IMG/VR virus record: IMGVR_UViG_3300009495_000004
Length of the DNA: 33,271 bases
Direction: 5' to 3' (one strand)
From: a virus
In this document: piece by piece, positions 22,065 through 30,362 of the stretch
How the letters are laid out: every line of letters starts with the position of its first letter
How positions within the stretch are numbered: position 1 is the stretch's first letter
Made by a program: the position numbers and the translations under genes
Notes under the pieces: model-generated
What the model was told of the DNA's origin: nothing
What the model saw: the letters and a program-made list of their open reading frames with translations, nothing else
The model's database searches: none

Positions 22065-24007
22065 AAATAAAAGCTATACAGATAAGCGCTGAAACTAAAG
22101 AGGCTCAAAAAAGATTAGAAGCAATAAATCTTACTTTAGAACAACAAGAAGACTTGCTCAATGATATTCAAAGAGAAATAGAAAAGATTGAGGATTTAAG
22201 AGATAAAACAGACCCTAAAGATTTAAACAGAATAAAAGAATATAACGAGGAGATAAAAAAACAGGAGAAATTTCTTAAAAGAACTAAAACAAGAATAACT
22301 GAACAAAGACAAGCAAGAACAAAAGAAAACAAAGCAGTTAAAGAAAGCATAAAAGAACAAAGAGATTATGGAGGAGTTTTAGGAATTATTGACAAACAAA
22401 CAGGGGGTCTTATTAGTTCTTTTCAAGGTTTTACAACAAGCATAGGGGGTGCAACAAAAGGTTTAAAAGCAATGCGTATTGCATTTATAGCAACAGGGGT
22501 TGGTGCCTTTGTTATTGCTATAACATCTTTAGTTGCAGCATTTACTCAAAGTGAAGAAGGACAAGAAAAATTACAAAGAGGTTTAAAAATGTTAGGAGCA
22601 GTTGTAAAGCAAGTAATGGACTCATTTGCTGATTTAGGCGAGGGTATTATTGAAGCAGTTACAAACCCTAAAAAAGCATTAGAAGATTTAGGTAGCGGTA
22701 TATTAAAGTTTTTAAAAAATCCAATAGATACTGTTGTAGGCGCTTTTAAAGATGCTAAAGAATCAGCAACTAATTTTATTGAGGAAACTAAAAAGGAAGT
22801 TCTTGCAATGGATGAGATTACAAAAGCAAGACAAAAAGCACATCATATTGAAAGAGATTTACAAATTGAAAGAGCAAAAGCCAATAGAGAAATAAACGAT
22901 ATAAGATTACAAGCTGAGGACAGAGAGAATAAAACTGCTGCCGAAAGAATTGTTTTATTAAGAAAAGCACAAAAAATAGAAGAAGAAATAACACAAAAAG
23001 AAATAGATGCCAAAACTCTTTTAATTGAGGCTCAAGAAAAAGAAATGGCTCAAGGCAAGAACACTATCCAAGACAAAGATAAACTTGCAAAGATGCAAGC
23101 AGAGTTAATAAACTTAGATACTAAAAAACTTAGAAGCCAAAGACTATTACAAACTCAAATAACCACTGCAATAAGAGAAGAGCAAAGAATTAAAGATGAG
23201 AAAATAAAAGAGGATGAAGCTAAACTTCAAGAACAAGCACAGAAAGATGCTGATATGATTCTAAAAGCATTTAGCGATGAACAAAAAAGATTGCAAGGCT
23301 TAAAAGATATTAAAGATAATTTTGAAGCAATGGTTGCAGAGGAGAATGCTATCAAAGAGGAAGAAAAAGCAATACTTGAAAAAGAAAAAGCATTGAAAGA
23401 ACTTGATGATTTAAATGCAACAGAAGAACAAAAAGCAGCAATAGTAGCTTATTGGGATAATCAAATATTGATAGGTAAAAAGAAAGATACTGATGCCGAA
23501 ACAAAACTCAACGAGGATGTTACAAAAGCTAAATTAGATATTGCAAAAAGAAGTATGGCATTAATTGGAGAATTAGCAGGTAGGGGAAGCAAAATAGGTA
23601 AAGCAATGGCAATAGGACAAGCAACTATCTCAGGAATTGAGGGTGTTCAAAATGCTTATTCAACGGCACAAAAGAGTCCGATAACTGCTTTATTTCCTGC
23701 ATATCCAATTATACAAGCAGGTTTAGCAGGAGCATTTAGTGCTTTGCAAATTAAAAAGATAGCCTCTACTAAAGCCGATGGTAAAGGAGCAATGCCTACA
23801 CCAAATGTAAGTGGTGGAGGAGGTGGAGCACCTGCAATGCCATCAGCACCGCCTGCATTTAATGTAGTAGGCCAAGGAGGAACAAGCCAATTAGCAAATG
23901 CTATCGGATCTCGCGAGAGTAGGCCAACAAGAGCATACGTTGTAAGCAATGATGTTACAACTGCACAGGGGTTAGAAAGAAATATTGTAGAGGGAGCAAC
24001 GATATAA
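22061..24007 (+). CDS. Tape-measure-like protein (648 aa)
   Basis: Long Lys/Glu coiled-coil stretches, a hydrophobic segment MRIAFIATGVGAFVIAITSLVAAF, and a C-terminal AMAIGQATISGIEGVQNAYSTAQ...IIQAGLAGAFSALQ plus a Gly/Pro-rich tail. These are typical of TMPs, although a podovirus internal-protein role cannot be excluded. Confidence 0.5.
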   Translation: MKIKAIQISAETKEAQKRLEAINLTLEQQEDLLNDIQREIEKIEDLRDKTDPKDLNRIKEYNEEIKKQEKFLKRTKTRITEQRQARTKENKAVKESIKEQRDYGGVLGIIDKQTGGLISSFQGFTTSIGGATKGLKAMRIAFIATGVGAFVIAITSLVAAFTQSEEGQEKLQRGLKMLGAVVKQVMDSFADLGEGIIEAVTNPKKALEDLGSGILKFLKNPIDTVVGAFKDAKESATNFIEETKKEVLAMDEITKARQKAHHIERDLQIERAKANREINDIRLQAEDRENKTAAERIVLLRKAQKIEEEITQKEIDAKTLLIEAQEKEMAQGKNTIQDKDKLAKMQAELINLDTKKLRSQRLLQTQITTAIREEQRIKDEKIKEDEAKLQEQAQKDADMILKAFSDEQKRLQGLKDIKDNFEAMVAEENAIKEEEKAILEKEKALKELDDLNATEEQKAAIVAYWDNQILIGKKKDTDAETKLNEDVTKAKLDIAKRSMALIGELAGRGSKIGKAMAIGQATISGIEGVQNAYSTAQKSPITALFPAYPIIQAGLAGAFSALQIKKIASTKADGKGAMPTPNVSGGGGGAPAMPSAPPAFNVVGQGGTSQLANAIGSRESRPTRAYVVSNDVTTAQGLERNIVEGATI

Positions 24008-24021
24008 ATACAAATTAAAAA

Positions 24022-24037
24022 AATTATTACGTTATAT
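24022..24037 (+). promoter_or_regulatory. CGTTATAT box (AATTATTACGTTATAT), candidate phage-specific promoter
   Basis: The 16-mer is identical to 8882..8897. The core C at 24030 is 12 nt upstream of the ATG at 24042. Confidence 0.4.
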
Positions 24038-24041
24038 TATT

Positions 24042-24641
24042 ATGAGAATTATAGAATTAATTTTAGATGAAGAACAAGAAGAAACAGGAGTTGAGGCAAT
24101 AAGCATTGTTGAAAATCCTGCAATAGAAGAAGATTTTATTGCTTTAAAAAGTGATGAAATAAAACTCGCAGAAATATCAAAAGATAAAAAATTATTAATG
24201 GGAGCTTTGCTTGTGCCAAATAAACCTATTTACAGAAAAACAGGAAAAGAGGAATATTATATTTACTTTAGCAAAGAAACAATTTCTAAAGCATCTCAAT
24301 TATATTTAAAAAATGGAAATCAAAATAATTCAACATTAGAACATCAACACGAATTAAGTGGATTAACATTAGTTGAATCTTGGATAGTAGAGGATAAAGA
24401 AAAAGATAAAAGCAGATTATATAATATGAATGTGCCTATTGGAACTTGGATGGGAACTGTAAAAGTAAATAATGAAGAAGTTTGGAATGAATATATAAAA
24501 ACAAATAAAGTAAAAGGTTTTAGTATTGAGGGATATTTTGCTGATAAAATGGAGGGTCCAAAAGAATCAGTAGAAGAAAAGATGGAGATAGAAAATAGCA
24601 AACTAATTCAATCAATAAAAGAAATTCTTAATGCGAATTAA
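24042..24641 (+). CDS. XkdF-like putative prohead serine protease
   Basis: GVEAISIVENPAIEEDFIALK, LLMGALLVPNKPIYRK, YIYFSKETISKASQLYLKNG, STLEHQ and LVESWIVED follow the XkdF-family pattern. The gene lies upstream of the scaffold and capsid genes. Confidence 0.65.
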   Translation: MRIIELILDEEQEETGVEAISIVENPAIEEDFIALKSDEIKLAEISKDKKLLMGALLVPNKPIYRKTGKEEYYIYFSKETISKASQLYLKNGNQNNSTLEHQHELSGLTLVESWIVEDKEKDKSRLYNMNVPIGTWMGTVKVNNEEVWNEYIKTNKVKGFSIEGYFADKMEGPKESVEEKMEIENSKLIQSIKEILNAN

Positions 24642-24810
24642 AAAAAGAAGAAATTTAGGGCCAGGATCCAGAGGTTATATTGCAGCAAGAAGCTCGCAAA
24701 ACGGAGGTCAAAGAGGTTGCTTATGTCCTCAAGAAAATACATATTCAAGAGAATGTTGTGATGGCTCAATTTGGGCGCAAGGCATTGGATCTATAACAAG
24801 AATAACTTGA
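24631..24810 (+). CDS. Small basic Cys-rich ORF, 59 aa
   Basis: Just under the ORF-track cutoff. It overlaps the protease 3' end. The protein is MRIKKRRNLGPGSRGYIAARSSQNGGQRGCLCPQENTYSRECCDGSIWAQGIGSITRIT. The region is locally GC-richer. Confidence 0.4.
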   Translation: MRIKKRRNLGPGSRGYIAARSSQNGGQRGCLCPQENTYSRECCDGSIWAQGIGSITRIT

Positions 24811-24834
24811 AAATACAAAATTAAAATTAATCCA

Positions 24835-24842
24835 CGTTATAT
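24835..24842 (+). promoter_or_regulatory. CGTTATAT box upstream of the scaffold/capsid genes
   Basis: ccACGTTATATAaataattATG. The core C is 16 nt upstream of the ATG at 24851. Confidence 0.35.
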
Positions 24843-24850
24843 AAATAATT

Positions 24851-25501
24851 ATGAAATCAACTGAAATGTTAAACCAAATCAAGACACTTTTAAACATAGA
24901 AGTAAAGCTTGAAGAATTAAAATTAGAAAACGGAACTATAGTAGAGTCTGATTCTTTTGAGAAAGGAAAAGAAATATTTATTAAAACAGAGGATGAGCGT
25001 GTTGCTTTACCTGTTGGAGAATATATTCTTGAGGATTCAAGACTTTTAGTTATTGAAGAAGAAGGGCTTATTGCAGATCTAAGAGAAGTTTCTGATGAAG
25101 TTCCTGAGAAAGAAGAAATTACTGAGGACTTAGAAAACAAAGAAGACGAATATGAGGATGATGGCAAAGAAGCTGATGTTCAAGATTGGGAGGGTATGGA
25201 AAAAAGAATTAAAAATCTTGAAGATGCTATTGCTGATTTAAAAGGAGATAAAGAAAGCAAAATGGAGGATGAAGAAGTTGAGATGGAAGAAGAAGCATCA
25301 AGACAACCTAAATCAAGAACTATTAAAGAAGAATTTAATGAAGTTGAGGATAAAGTAAAAGAAGAATTATCACAACCATCAGCAGAACCTATAAAACATA
25401 GTCCTGAGGCAAAAGAGAGTAAAAAAGTTAAAGGATTTTTATATTCTCAAAGAAGAGTAGGAACTGCATTAGACAGAGTTTTAGCAAGATTAAATAAATA
25501 A
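24851..25501 (+). CDS. Scaffolding protein (acidic, 216 aa)
   Basis: Very Glu/Asp/Lys-rich and predicted helical. It lies between the protease and the major capsid gene. Confidence 0.6.
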   Translation: MKSTEMLNQIKTLLNIEVKLEELKLENGTIVESDSFEKGKEIFIKTEDERVALPVGEYILEDSRLLVIEEEGLIADLREVSDEVPEKEEITEDLENKEDEYEDDGKEADVQDWEGMEKRIKNLEDAIADLKGDKESKMEDEEVEMEEEASRQPKSRTIKEEFNEVEDKVKEELSQPSAEPIKHSPEAKESKKVKGFLYSQRRVGTALDRVLARLNK

Positions 25502-25524
25502 AATAAATAAATAAAAAAAAAAAA

Positions 25525-26499
25525 ATGAGTAATTTAAAAAAAGTAAATTTAGCAACTACTGTAAACGTAACGACTACTTACGCAGGTGAGTTCGCAGGAG
25601 ATTATATAGCTGCGGCGCTTCTTTCAGCAAGTACAATTAATGATGGGGGTATTACAGTAAAGGATAACATTAGTTATAAGGAAGTAATTAAACAACTTGA
25701 TACATCAGCATTAGTTCAACCAGCTTCTTGTGATTTTGATCCAACGTCAACAATTACATTAACTGAGAGAATTATACAACCTACAGAGTTACAAGTTAAC
25801 TTACAATTATGTAAAAAAGACTTTGTAAGCGATTGGGAAAGCCAACAAATGGGATACGGATTAAGTCAAGGTTTGCCTCCAAAATTCTCTGATTTCTTAA
25901 TAGCTCACGTTGCTGCTAAAGTTTCACAATCAACTGAATTAAATATTTGGAGAGGAGATACTGCTGCAGGAACAAATAATTCTTTTGATGGGTTTGAAAA
26001 ACTAATTGCTGCTTCTGCTGCTGCCGGAGATATTCCAGCAGGTCAACAAATTGCTGCAGGTGTTATAACTGCTGCAAATGTAATAGGGGAATTACAAAAA
26101 GTTGTGGCTGCTATACCAAATACTTTGTATGGTAAAGATGGACTTAGAATTTATGTTCCAAGCTCAGTTGCTAAATTTTATGTTCAAGCACTTGGTGGAT
26201 TCTCTGTTGCTGCAACATCTAACGCAGGGGTTGACAACAAAGGAACACAATGGTGGAATAATGGATCTCTTACAATAGATGGAGTTCAAATATTTGTTTG
26301 TCCGGGAATGAGCGACAATAAAATGTATGCTGCTGAGGTTTCGAACTTATACTTTGGAACAGGTTTACTAAATAACAATCAAGAAATAAGAGTTCTTGAT
26401 ATGGTAGATTTAGATGGATCAAATAACGTAAGAATGATAATGAGGTTTACTTCTGGGGTACAATTCGGAATTGCATCTGACATCGTTGAATACGCTTAA
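25525..26499 (+). CDS. Major capsid protein
   Basis: Supported by position after the scaffold gene, 324 aa, Ala/Gly-rich composition with GC-richer codons, an A-rich leader and a hairpin terminator downstream. Fold family was not verified. Confidence 0.7.
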   Translation: MSNLKKVNLATTVNVTTTYAGEFAGDYIAAALLSASTINDGGITVKDNISYKEVIKQLDTSALVQPASCDFDPTSTITLTERIIQPTELQVNLQLCKKDFVSDWESQQMGYGLSQGLPPKFSDFLIAHVAAKVSQSTELNIWRGDTAAGTNNSFDGFEKLIAASAAAGDIPAGQQIAAGVITAANVIGELQKVVAAIPNTLYGKDGLRIYVPSSVAKFYVQALGGFSVAATSNAGVDNKGTQWWNNGSLTIDGVQIFVCPGMSDNKMYAAEVSNLYFGTGLLNNNQEIRVLDMVDLDGSNNVRMIMRFTSGVQFGIASDIVEYA

Positions 26500-26513
26500 T
26501 ATTAACTAAAATT

Positions 26514-26550
26514 AGGGTAGGTGGGATAAAACTTATCTACCCTTATTTAT
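26514..26550 (+). terminator. Hairpin terminator after the capsid gene (weak U tract)
   Basis: A 7-bp stem agggtag/ctaccct with a 16-nt loop, followed by tatttat. Confidence 0.5.
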
Positions 26551-26568
26551 AAAAAAAATTAAATAACT

Positions 26569-27099
26569 ATGGCTTGTACAGTATCAACAGGAAGAAGTTT
26601 ACCCTGCAAAAGTGCCTTTGGTGGAATAAAAACAATTTATTTTGCTGATTTTGGTGGATTAACAGGATTAACTTTCACGGACGGAAAAGTGTCCGCATTT
26701 ACTGGAAGTGTTTCAGGTTGGACTAAATGGGATGTTAAAGGAAATTCCAATTTAGAAACAACAGTAACTTCTTCAAGAGAAAATGGAACTACTTTTTATA
26801 CACAAACTTTAAATGCTACATTTACTTATTTAGATGCTGCAACTCAAAATGAATTGCAAGTTGTTGCAGTTGGAAGACCCTATGTTGCCGTAGAAGATTA
26901 TTACGGAAATGTATTTCTTTGTGGTTTTGAAAATGGAATGGAATTGACTTCTGGAACAACAGTGACTGGATCAGCTCCCGGAGATCTTTCAGGATTTACT
27001 ATTGTGATGGAGGGAATGGAAGAAACAGCGCCTTATTTTTTAAGCAGTGCTGCTTTATTGACTCCAATTGATGCAGATATTATTGACCCAACTGCATAA
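26569..27099 (+). CDS. Abundant virion protein candidate (176 aa), major tail or head-decoration candidate
   Basis: The gene is bracketed by two terminators as its own unit and has capsid-like codon usage. No confident family assignment. Confidence 0.4.
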   Translation: MACTVSTGRSLPCKSAFGGIKTIYFADFGGLTGLTFTDGKVSAFTGSVSGWTKWDVKGNSNLETTVTSSRENGTTFYTQTLNATFTYLDAATQNELQVVAVGRPYVAVEDYYGNVFLCGFENGMELTSGTTVTGSAPGDLSGFTIVMEGMEETAPYFLSSAALLTPIDADIIDPTA

Positions 27100-27120
27100 T
27101 ATATTATATATTTAAAATTA

Positions 27121-27146
27121 AGCATCCTTAGGGGTGCTTTTTTTTT
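27121..27146 (+). terminator. Rho-independent terminator
   Basis: Stem agcatcc/gggtgct (one G-U pair) with loop ttag, followed by T9. Confidence 0.7.
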
Positions 27147-27177
27147 GAGTTTACATTTCTACAAAATAACTTAATTA

Positions 27178-27188
27178 ATTCGTTATAT
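27178..27188 (+). promoter_or_regulatory. CGTTATAT box (ATTCGTTATAT), candidate phage-specific promoter
   Basis: The core C at 27181 is 12 nt upstream of the ATG at 27193. The site follows a terminator. Confidence 0.4.
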
Positions 27189-27192
27189 AGGT

Positions 27193-27621
27193 ATGATTGT
27201 ATTTAATACAAATAATACTGCTCAAACATTTAAAGTAATTCCAAGAATATACGGGAATGAGTTTACGATGTCTATTAGAGATGATAGCACTGATATTCCT
27301 GTTTTTTATGAGATTAATAATGCAGTTATATCAGGAAATTATTTAACCTTTCATCAAGCTTTTAATCCTGTTTTAGTTGAGGGACATTTTTATGATGTTA
27401 GATTTTATGTTGATTATAATTATTGGAATACTAATTATCAATTATGGGAGAATGATAATAGTTTTTGGAATATAGATAGAACAACAGATGCAACTTTATT
27501 TAGAGATAGAATATTTTGCACTGATCAACAGATTGATCAAATGGAAGATGAATATTACGATTTAAATTTGGGAGTTTATAAAACTTTTAATTCCTTTGAC
27601 AACACATACAAGGTATTTTAA
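27193..27621 (+). CDS. Hypothetical virion-module protein, 142 aa, aromatic/Asn-rich
   Basis: ORF track. No recognisable motif. Confidence 0.45.
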   Translation: MIVFNTNNTAQTFKVIPRIYGNEFTMSIRDDSTDIPVFYEINNAVISGNYLTFHQAFNPVLVEGHFYDVRFYVDYNYWNTNYQLWENDNSFWNIDRTTDATLFRDRIFCTDQQIDQMEDEYYDLNLGVYKTFNSFDNTYKVF

Positions 27622-27623
27622 TT

Positions 27624-29771
27624 ATGAAAAAAAATAGAAATAGAGATAGTTTAGGTAGATTTGCAAAAAACAGATCTGAATTTAGTTTTGTTAATTTAGC
27701 TACTTATACATCTCCTGAGATTTTAGAGGTTAAAAATAGAGATTGGGTACAATATGGCGCAGATAATAATTATTTTCAGTTCTTAATAGATCGTTACAAC
27801 GGATCTCCAACTAATAACGCTTGTGTTAACGGCATATCTCAACAAATATATGGTAAAGGTCTAAACGCAACTGATTCGAGCAGAAAACCTGATCAATATG
27901 CTCAAATGATTACTTTATTGAAGCCTGAAATGGTACAAAAGGTTTGTTATGATTTAAAATTAATGGGCCAAGCTGCAATACAAGTTATATATAATAAAGC
28001 AAGAACTAAAGTTTCTGTTTGCGAGCATTTTCCAATTGAAACATTAAGAGCAGAAAAAGCCAATGAAGATGGAGATATTAAAGGTTATTATTATTGGAAT
28101 GATTGGCCAACTATAAAACCATCTGATAAACCTCTTAGAATACCTGCATTTGGAACAAGCAAAGAGAATATAGAAATACTTTACATAAAACCATATAAAG
28201 CAGGGTTTTACTACTACTCTCCTGTTGATTATCAAGGTGGCTTGCAATATTGCGAACTTGAAGAAGAAATATCTAATTACCATCTTAATAATATTATGCA
28301 AGGCCTCGCTCCAAGTATGCTTATTAATTTTAACAATGGAACGCCAAATCAAGAACAAAGAGAATTAATAGAGCAACGTATTGCACAAAAATTTTCAGGT
28401 AGTTCAAATGCAGGTAAATTCATACTTGCTTTTAATGACAATAAAGAAAGTCAAGCTGAAATAACGCCTGTTCAATTAAGCGATGCATCAGAACAATATA
28501 AATTTTTAAGCACAGAATCACAATCAAAAATATTAGTTGCTCATAGAGTTGTTTCTCCAATGTTATTAGGAATAAAAGATTCAACAGGATTAGGAAATAA
28601 TGCTGATGAAATAAAAACGGCATCTTTATTAATGGATAATACTGTTATAAGGCCATTTCAGGAGCTTTTAATAAAATCCTTTGATCAAATACTCGCAATC
28701 AATGATATTGCTTTAAACCTATATTTTATTACGTTACAGCCATTAGAATTTACTGAGGTTGATAAGGATATACAAGATAAAGAAGATATTGAGGAAGAAA
28801 CAGGGGTTGAAATGGAAAAGTTTAGTCTTAAAATGATTGATGGCAAAAGAGCCTATAAAACAAAAGAGGAGGCTGAAAAAATAGCAATTGAAAAAGGTTG
28901 CTCTGGATCCCACGAACACGAGGTTGGTGGCGAGATCTGGTTTATGCCCTGCGAGAATCACGAGAATTTAAAAAAATCTCCTTGTTGGGATGGTTACAGA
29001 CAAGATGGTTGGAAGATGATTGATGGAAAAAGAAGACCTAATTGCGTTAAAGCTAAATCAAAATTATCAGAAGAAGAAGTTGCTGTTGTTTTAGGATCGC
29101 TTGGAGAGAGTGCAACTAAAATGGGCAATGATTATGTTTTTGTTGATGAGGTTGGAGAGGATGATAATATTGACAATGAGGATTGGGCAAATTATTTAAT
29201 AAAAGAAAAAAAATCAACATTAAGCAAAATTAAAGATATTTTAGGTTTAAAAAGCGCATCTGAAAAAAATGTTGGAAGTGTAAAAGATGGATCTGCTTTT
29301 AGTTCTTTAGATTCAAAAAATGGTTTATATAAAATACGTTATAAATATTCAAATGGAATAGGTTATTCTACAACTGAGAAATCAAGGCCATTTTGTCAAG
29401 AAATGATAAAATTATCTAATAGCGGTTTAGTATGGAGATTAGAAGATATTGACAATGCAAGTTTTGGCAAATTAGTTGTTGAAAATGGTAAGGGTATTAG
29501 AAAAGATGAAAAAGTTAATACTGATTTTAGACACGAACCTGAAATGCCTTATAATATCTTTGAGTTAAAAGGAGGAGTTTATTGTCAGCATCGTTGGGTA
29601 AAGGTATTGTATAGGTTAGAAAGTAATACAGAGGTATCTGAAAATTTAGATAATTATAAAAAAGTAAGAAGCATACCTAAATACGCTCAAAAAAACCCTA
29701 AGGGATCAGATTTAGCTAAAAAACCAACTGATAAACAAGACGGAAGAGGAGTTTATCCAAAAATAAAATAA
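27624..29771 (+). CDS. Portal protein fused to a C-terminal MuF/SPP1 gp7-like head-morphogenesis domain (715 aa)
   Basis: The N-terminal part, about 380 aa (WVQYGADNNYFQFLIDRYNGSPTNNACVNGISQQIYGKGL...), is portal-like. A central Cys/His-rich insertion carries two MIDGKR repeats. The C-terminal RPFCQEMIKLS...FELKGGVYCQHRWV is MuF-like. Confidence 0.55.
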   Translation: MKKNRNRDSLGRFAKNRSEFSFVNLATYTSPEILEVKNRDWVQYGADNNYFQFLIDRYNGSPTNNACVNGISQQIYGKGLNATDSSRKPDQYAQMITLLKPEMVQKVCYDLKLMGQAAIQVIYNKARTKVSVCEHFPIETLRAEKANEDGDIKGYYYWNDWPTIKPSDKPLRIPAFGTSKENIEILYIKPYKAGFYYYSPVDYQGGLQYCELEEEISNYHLNNIMQGLAPSMLINFNNGTPNQEQRELIEQRIAQKFSGSSNAGKFILAFNDNKESQAEITPVQLSDASEQYKFLSTESQSKILVAHRVVSPMLLGIKDSTGLGNNADEIKTASLLMDNTVIRPFQELLIKSFDQILAINDIALNLYFITLQPLEFTEVDKDIQDKEDIEEETGVEMEKFSLKMIDGKRAYKTKEEAEKIAIEKGCSGSHEHEVGGEIWFMPCENHENLKKSPCWDGYRQDGWKMIDGKRRPNCVKAKSKLSEEEVAVVLGSLGESATKMGNDYVFVDEVGEDDNIDNEDWANYLIKEKKSTLSKIKDILGLKSASEKNVGSVKDGSAFSSLDSKNGLYKIRYKYSNGIGYSTTEKSRPFCQEMIKLSNSGLVWRLEDIDNASFGKLVVENGKGIRKDEKVNTDFRHEPEMPYNIFELKGGVYCQHRWVKVLYRLESNTEVSENLDNYKKVRSIPKYAQKNPKGSDLAKKPTDKQDGRGVYPKIK

Positions 29772-29773
29772 TT

Positions 29774-30286
29774 ATGGCAACACCTTTATTTATAAATAGA
29801 ACAGATTTAACTCGCAATTCTATAATTGATGGAAATGTAGATACGGCTAAGTTTATATATTTTATTAAAATATCTCAAACTATTCATATACAGAATTTTT
29901 TAGGAACTGAGTTATACCAAAAATTTGAGCAGTTAATAACAGCAGGAACTTTAACTGAGGTTGATAATCCAAACTATTATAATTTAATGGTAACTCACAT
30001 TCAACCTATGTTAATATGGTATGCTCAAGTTGATTATATTCCTTTTGCTGCTTATCAAATAAAAAACGGAGGAGTATTCAAACATACATCTGAAAATAGC
30101 GAATCAGCAACAAAAGATGAATTAGATTATTTAGTTGCTAAAGCAAGAGAATACGCAGAATATTATACAAGAAGATTTATAGATTATATGAATTTTAATC
30201 AAAATTTATTTCCTGAGTATTATTCAAATAGCAATGACGACATAGATCCATCGCAAGATGCAATTTTTAATGGCTGGGTATTATGA
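29774..30286 (+). CDS. Possible head-tail connector (gp6-like) protein, 170 aa
   Basis: The N-terminal TDLTRNSIIDGNVDTAKFIYFIKISQTIHIQNFLGTELYQKF resembles connector/adaptor family patterns. Position is between the portal and fibre genes. Confidence 0.3.
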   Translation: MATPLFINRTDLTRNSIIDGNVDTAKFIYFIKISQTIHIQNFLGTELYQKFEQLITAGTLTEVDNPNYYNLMVTHIQPMLIWYAQVDYIPFAAYQIKNGGVFKHTSENSESATKDELDYLVAKAREYAEYYTRRFIDYMNFNQNLFPEYYSNSNDDIDPSQDAIFNGWVL

Positions 30287-30362
30287 GATATAAACCAAAA
30301 GAGAAAAATATTAAAAAACTTAAAATGTTTTTAAAAAAACAAAAAAACAATAAAAAATAATT

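Noticed and set aside
23656-25167. Minus-strand ORFs in the track. Examples are 23656..23949, 24344..24601 and 24766..25167. Others are 1655..1858, 7918..8139, 9414..9632, 10150..10368, 12214..12627, 16056..16374, 16704..16928, 17404..17613, 18489..18680, 19558..19830, 21917..22350, 28044..28961 and 30398..31468.
   Set aside because: Every one lies entirely antisense to a longer + strand ORF with recognisable motifs or good packing. Their translations are low-complexity Leu/Ser/Phe/Ile-rich strings typical of shadow frames. None has its own promoter or terminator context.
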